A DNA stretch of 64,000 nucleotides from Rubripirellula sp. (GTDB taxonomy: Bacteria > Planctomycetota > Planctomycetia > Pirellulales > Pirellulaceae), in NCBI GenBank assembly GCA_965216875.1, contig OZ244207.1:2496001-2560000 (forward strand), written 5' to 3'. Numbering within the stretch: position 1 is the first letter of the stretch; every line of letters begins with the position of its first letter. This document shows, one piece after another, positions 59,515 through 64,000 of this stretch. The translations under genes were made by a program, and so were the position numbers. Under the pieces are notes generated by a model. It saw only the letters and a program-made list of their open reading frames with translations, was not told the origin of the DNA and made no database searches.

Positions 59515-61223
59515 GATTTTTGCGGATGCGACGAAGCGCCCGTGTCAGCGGCGACATCACCTTGCGTTATGGATTGATGTGTTTGATGGTTGAGTTGGCT
59601 GTCGTCCGACTTCGTTGTCATCGGAATACGAAGGGTGAACCGAGCCCCGTGTCCGGCGCCATCACTGTGTACCGACAGCGTTCCGCCCATGTCCTCAGCA
59701 GCCAACGCACAACTGTGGAGGCCGAAACCGTGCCCGTCTTTCTTGGTCGTGAAACCATGCTTGAAGACTTTGCCGAGGTGATCGGGCTCGATACCGATGC
59801 CGTTGTCGGTCACCTCGACGACGGCAAAGTCGGCTTCGGATCGAACCGTTAGCTTCAGCTCTTTGGATTCTTGATTTGCCTTGGTGACCGCGTATTTCGC
59901 GTTGCTGATCAGGTTGATCAGGATCTGCAGCACTTTGTGGCGATCACTCATGAATTCAGGTAGGTCTTCGAACTGGCGAATCACCTTGACCTGATGACGC
60001 ATTAGCGCGCTGTCGTTGATGCCCAACGAATCTTCAACAAGCTCCTGAAGCGACAACAACTCGACCATCCCGCCACCACGAGTGAGCGACTGCTGCATTG
60101 TCACAATGTCCTTGACGTGCGCAATGTTCTTGACCAGAGAGGCAAGCTCGTCGCGATAGGAGTCACGTTCGTTCGAAAGGTGCAGCGCCAACTCGCTCAA
60201 CAGATCTGGGAACTTCATCCCGCGGCGATCCGTGCTTACGAACGCGCCAAGATCGTCGCGGTGTTCATCGATCACCTGCGAGGCTTTGACGAGACTTCCA
60301 ACGCGGCTCGATTCAATCCGTTCGGCGATCAAATTGGCCGAAACGTTAATGCTGTTGAGAACGTTGCCTACGTTATGCAGCACGCCAGTGGCGACTTCAG
60401 CCATCCCGGCCTGTCGCGACGCGGTCGCTAGCTCGACGTAAAGCCGTTCTCTTTCTTCCTGAGTGGCAAGGTGCTTTGCGAATTCCTGCTGGAGCGATGA
60501 TTGTGCTTGTTCCAGTTGGCTCGTTCGCTCCCGCACTCGGTGTTCGATTTCGAGGTTCGTCAGCTCGAGGACGGCGCGCCGTTGACAGATCTCGCGAACT
60601 TCGCGTTGACTGCGAACACACGAAAAGATCAAGAAGACGTCTTCGAATAGAACCCAGAGCGTATGCTCGATCCAACGATAGCTGCTTTCAATGACCACGC
60701 CGTAGACCGATTGTGGCCACATGACGCCGCGCACCAAGTGGTCCGTTGCAACGACGGCACTCGCCGTGATCAACACCTTCCAATCGCGGTAGAACGCGAG
60801 AAATGCGAGTGATCCGAAGACGTGAAAATGTGTTTCAATCCGGCCTCCAGACAAATGAATCAACAGCGCTGACCATGTCGCCTGGGCGACCGCAATGACG
60901 TGCCGCGTTGCGATCGTTCCCGGAAAAAACACCGCCATCGCGATGGGCGCGAGCGATACCAGCCCTCCCAGCACGATCGCCGCCCAAACATGGACGTGGA
61001 CGTAGGAAACATCGCCAATCCATGTGCGCGGCGAAACAGAAATCGCAAGGATGATCGCGCCGGCCCATTGCAGAAGCATCAGCACAACGAACAACCGATC
61101 ACACTGACATGCGTGGCGATCCTGGTGTTCTTTCCTTATCTCGGCTGTGCGCTGTTCCAGATGGTTGCGAACATCCTCGGAGGCCTGGGTGACCTTGGTT
61201 TCGTCGCCAATCGGGTTAGTCAT
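59511..61223 (-). CDS. Membrane sensor histidine kinase with His-rich multi-TM domain (RedC-like)
   Basis: IHLSGGRIETHFHVF..YRDW, DHLVRG, WIEH; ATGVLHNVGN; NAKYA; DNGIG; GHGFGL. Start trimmed to MTNPIG, which overlaps the upstream stop. Confidence 0.9.
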   Translation of the reverse strand: MTNPIGDETKVTQASEDVRNHLEQRTAEIRKEHQDRHACQCDRLFVVLMLLQWAGAIILAISVSPRTWIGDVSYVHVHVWAAIVLGGLVSLAPIAMAVFFPGTIATRHVIAVAQATWSALLIHLSGGRIETHFHVFGSLAFLAFYRDWKVLITASAVVATDHLVRGVMWPQSVYGVVIESSYRWIEHTLWVLFEDVFLIFSCVRSQREVREICQRRAVLELTNLEIEHRVRERTSQLEQAQSSLQQEFAKHLATQEERERLYVELATASRQAGMAEVATGVLHNVGNVLNSINVSANLIAERIESSRVGSLVKASQVIDEHRDDLGAFVSTDRRGMKFPDLLSELALHLSNERDSYRDELASLVKNIAHVKDIVTMQQSLTRGGGMVELLSLQELVEDSLGINDSALMRHQVKVIRQFEDLPEFMSDRHKVLQILINLISNAKYAVTKANQESKELKLTVRSEADFAVVEVTDNGIGIEPDHLGKVFKHGFTTKKDGHGFGLHSCALAAEDMGGTLSVHSDGAGHGARFTLRIPMTTKSDDSQLNHQTHQSITQGDVAADTGASSHPQKS

Positions 61224-61875
61224 CGAGGACCTCCTGGTTTGCCAAGTCCGAACCAGCAGGAAGATGATTGATGGGACAGCCAAACACAGCAAAGTCTCGC
61301 TGAGACGTTTCGCTTCCATTGACCGCCGCAACAAGCGCTTGGCGACCTGGATTGTCGCCCTCATGACCGCGACCGTTTGAGATCCCACCACTAAAGACAA
61401 GTTGCCCCGCGGGTGTGTACACCAACACATGCCCAGAGGTTTGCACGCCGAAGCGTTTCGCCTCGAGCCCCTCTCGATCAACAACCGGTGCTTCTTGATC
61501 AAGCGTCGTCAGCCGTTTCCAATGATTCGTTCGAACCCAGTCTTCGTCGCGCCCTGCTGGTTGATAAAAGAGGGCTTTGAATTCAACGCGGCGCGTCCCG
61601 TCGGGAAAAGCGCGAGCAAGTTCGCTGATGCTCGCCTTGCTGCAAACGCACTGTGGATGCAGCAACATCACTACGGTCGGCTTGGTAGCCGACAATTTCA
61701 AAGCGGTGGTCGCGGGCCATTGCGTCGCGACCTGCCCCGGCTCGCAGGGCCGGGTCGAATAGTCCGATAGCGCAATCATTCCAGTCGCTACCAGTGACAG
61801 CCAAACCACAATGCCTGTCACGGTCAGCGCCCTGGACTTCAAATTGCGCGGATGCGCAGGCGTCACAGCGCCCAT
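61216..61875 (-). CDS. RedB-like membrane-anchored thioredoxin-fold protein
   Basis: N-terminal TM; HPQCVCSKAS..EL; FGVQTSGH..Y...G.L.FSGGI...RGHEGDN; VFGC. Confidence 0.75.
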   Translation of the reverse strand: MGAVTPAHPRNLKSRALTVTGIVVWLSLVATGMIALSDYSTRPCEPGQVATQWPATTALKLSATKPTVVMLLHPQCVCSKASISELARAFPDGTRRVEFKALFYQPAGRDEDWVRTNHWKRLTTLDQEAPVVDREGLEAKRFGVQTSGHVLVYTPAGQLVFSGGISNGRGHEGDNPGRQALVAAVNGSETSQRDFAVFGCPINHLPAGSDLANQEVLDD

Positions 61876-62181
61876 CGAACTGCCCCTATTACTGATTGTT
61901 TTGCCCTAGAGCTTCTATCCCTGACAAAGCTCCGAACGAACATTAGCTCGCGAAAGCGCCCTCGGACGGGGGATTCCCGCAATCTAGTGGTTTCCCTTAT
62001 CAGCCCCCGCGACAATCTGACGAAGTAGCAACCAGGGGCAAAACGGACGGCGAGGGGCATGCCGTCCGATGCGCAGGGTGACTCGCCACCCTGCGGCCCC
62101 GTAATACACAGTCCTAGCAACAATGAGCTTCAAAACGGCTCCACCGGTGCTAGCGACGTTAACCGTTTTGGGGGCAAAGCG

Positions 62182-62862
62182 ATGGACGCACCATCATCGC
62201 GCTATTATCGCATCGATCCGGCTGAACAGTCCGGCACGCCAGCACAGCCGGTTGATCCCGTCGTTCATCTGATTGACGATGATCCCGAAATTCGAACTGC
62301 ACTGGGGCGAGTGCTTGTTCAAGAAGGCATCAAGGTTCGCGAGTACGATTCGCCAACCGACTTTCTTACCGCGTTCGACCCTCATCTCCCGGGATGCTTG
62401 GTCATCGACCTCGAGCTACCCGAAATGAGTGGCCTTGAGCTCCACCAGCGCCTTGTCTCTCGAGGATGTCAGTCGCCCTTCTTGATCATCAGTGGCCATG
62501 GGGAAGTTCCGGACGCGTGTGAAGCGTTCCGAAAAGGCGCGGTCGACTTTATCAGCAAGCCGTTCACATGGGACTTCTTTGTTGGTCGCGTTCGCGAGGC
62601 ACTCCGCAAGGATCATCAATCGCGAGTGCAGCGTCAACGGCGTGAAGATGTCGCGCGTCGGATCGATCGCTTGACCGACCGTGAACGCGAAGTCCTCAAC
62701 CTTGTCCTTCAAGGCCGGCTGACGAAACAGATTGCCAGAGAACTCAATATCGCCATCAAGACCGTCGAGTCGCATCGTAGCAACATCACCAAGAAGCTTG
62801 GCTACGAATCGGTCCTGAAGATGGTCAGCGTGCTCAGCCAACATGATCGCATCGCTGGCTAA
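62182..62862 (+). CDS. FixJ/LuxR-family response regulator
   Basis: LIDDD, PGCLVIDL, SGHG, GAVDFISKP, LTDREREVL..KQIA.EL.I..KTVESHR. Start trimmed from 62059. Confidence 0.92.
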   Translation: MDAPSSRYYRIDPAEQSGTPAQPVDPVVHLIDDDPEIRTALGRVLVQEGIKVREYDSPTDFLTAFDPHLPGCLVIDLELPEMSGLELHQRLVSRGCQSPFLIISGHGEVPDACEAFRKGAVDFISKPFTWDFFVGRVREALRKDHQSRVQRQRREDVARRIDRLTDREREVLNLVLQGRLTKQIARELNIAIKTVESHRSNITKKLGYESVLKMVSVLSQHDRIAG

Positions 62863-63017
62863 ACTCGCCTGCGTCTTGCATCGCTATCCGACCTATCGCA
62901 ATCCGGAGCTGATGGCTGTGGCGTCAAAGCGGGCGGCTATGCTCACCGTTACAACGCCCAGCTTGGCGTAACATAGCCATCAGCTCTCGATTGCATCCAC
63001 CGCAAGAGCGCACTCCC

Positions 63018-63185
63018 ATAGCTACCTTCGCCAGAAGGTGGAATGTGCATTGTAAGCTGATCTACCCCACCAAGCTCTGGCGAGCGTCGCTACGGTTCAT
63101 CGTTGCGTAGGCCGGATCAAGGAGCGACAGCGACACAGATCCGGCATCTTCAGTTCTCCAACACGCTCTGGCTAGCGTTGCAACG
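63018..63185. repeat. REP mosaic: family J units (GTAGCTACGCTCGCCAGAGC-like) around a family A palindrome (63107-63146)
   Basis: J-like units at 63018, 63074 and 63165; the A copy differs from 26968 by one base. Confidence 0.8.
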
Positions 63186-63307
63186 GTGATCAGCCACGCG
63201 ACGCGTGACAGGGTATCATGATCACCCACGGGACCACCTGCGATTCGTTGGTTGTCATGCCCACCATGCCCCACGGGTTCGTCCATCGATCAAGTCAACG
63301 GCGGAAG

Positions 63308-64000
63308 ATGATGAAATTGATTCGCTTGTTTCTTATTGCTTCTTTTATTTCGCTATTCATGTCAGACGCCGGCAACGCCCAGCAACGTGCTCGTTCGCCC
63401 AAAATCCCGGACGATGTCGAAATCGTTCGTGATGTCGTCTTTGGCAAAGGTGGCGACCGTGAATTGAAGCTGCACCTTGCCTTTCCCAAACAACGCGCGG
63501 ACAAACCACTGCCTGTCTACGTCTGGGTGCATGGGGGTGGTTGGCGAAAGGGAAGCAAAGAGAGCGGGATCGGACACTTGGTCCGTATGACGCGCCAAGG
63601 CTATGCAGGGGCCACCATTGAATACCGACTTTCCGGTGAGGCAACGTTCCCGGCGCAGATCGAAGATTGCAAGTGCGCCATTCGTTTCTTGAGAGCACAT
63701 GCCGACAAGTACGGAATCAATCCCGATCGGATCGCCGTCGGCGGCAGTTCCGCTGGAGGTCATCTTGTCGCGTTGCTCGGAACGACCGGCGACGTCAAGG
63801 AACTCGAGGGAAGCGGAGGTTGGCCAGATCAATCGAGTCGTGTCCAAGCGGTCGTCGATCTCTACGGCCCCACCGACTTGGTGAAATTTGTTCAGACATA
63901 CAAGTCGCATGCAAAACCAGATTCGCCCGAATCGCATTTGCTCGGCGGACCTGTACTCGATCATTTGGACCGCGCCAAACGCGCCAACCCCATCACCTAT
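63308..64000 (+). CDS. Secreted alpha/beta-hydrolase esterase (BD-FAE/HSL-like), 3' truncated by window
   Basis: Not in ORF track. Hand translation MMKLIRLFLIASFISLF...VWVHGGGW...IEYRLS...FPAQIEDCK.AIR...GSSAGGHL, open to 64000. Confidence 0.9.
   Translation, partial: MMKLIRLFLIASFISLFMSDAGNAQQRARSPKIPDDVEIVRDVVFGKGGDRELKLHLAFPKQRADKPLPVYVWVHGGGWRKGSKESGIGHLVRMTRQGYAGATIEYRLSGEATFPAQIEDCKCAIRFLRAHADKYGINPDRIAVGGSSAGGHLVALLGTTGDVKELEGSGGWPDQSSRVQAVVDLYGPTDLVKFVQTYKSHAKPDSPESHLLGGPVLDHLDRAKRANPITY

Noticed and set aside
63362..63964. 200-aa minus-strand ORF
   Set aside because: Antisense shadow of the plus-strand esterase starting at 63308, which the track missed because it lacks a stop in the window.

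Overview
Gene-dense chromosomal window from a bacterium that is very likely a marine planctomycete (Pirellulaceae, Rhodopirellula/Stieleria-like). This is inferred from the sulfatase, three Hanks-type kinases, the planctomycete-style FTIRTLL N-terminal motif, fused SecDF and the Na+-pumping Oad decarboxylase. About 50 CDSs are supportable: housekeeping genes (trhO, tpx, oadG/B/A, rarA, guaB, surE, yajC, secDF), peptidases and hydrolases, and signalling modules. I found no rRNA, tRNA, CRISPR array or transposase. The best candidate novel system is a divergent FHA-EAL gene <- -> AAA ATPase + Ser/Thr kinase fused to an FtsZ/tubulin-like domain, in a lineage that lacks canonical FtsZ. Other highlights: a seven-CxxCH OTR-like cytochrome coupled to a 4-TM His-containing partner; a RedB/RedC-like phosphorelay ending in a REC-HDOD protein; a SelA homologue lacking its PLP lysine; and a kinase with broken DFG/HRDxK motifs. 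Many intergenic spaces hold a mosaic of roughly a dozen REP-like palindrome families plus a TAG/CTAG-bounded MITE, one copy of which sits exactly between two convergent stop codons. Family assignments come from motif recognition by eye, not database searches.
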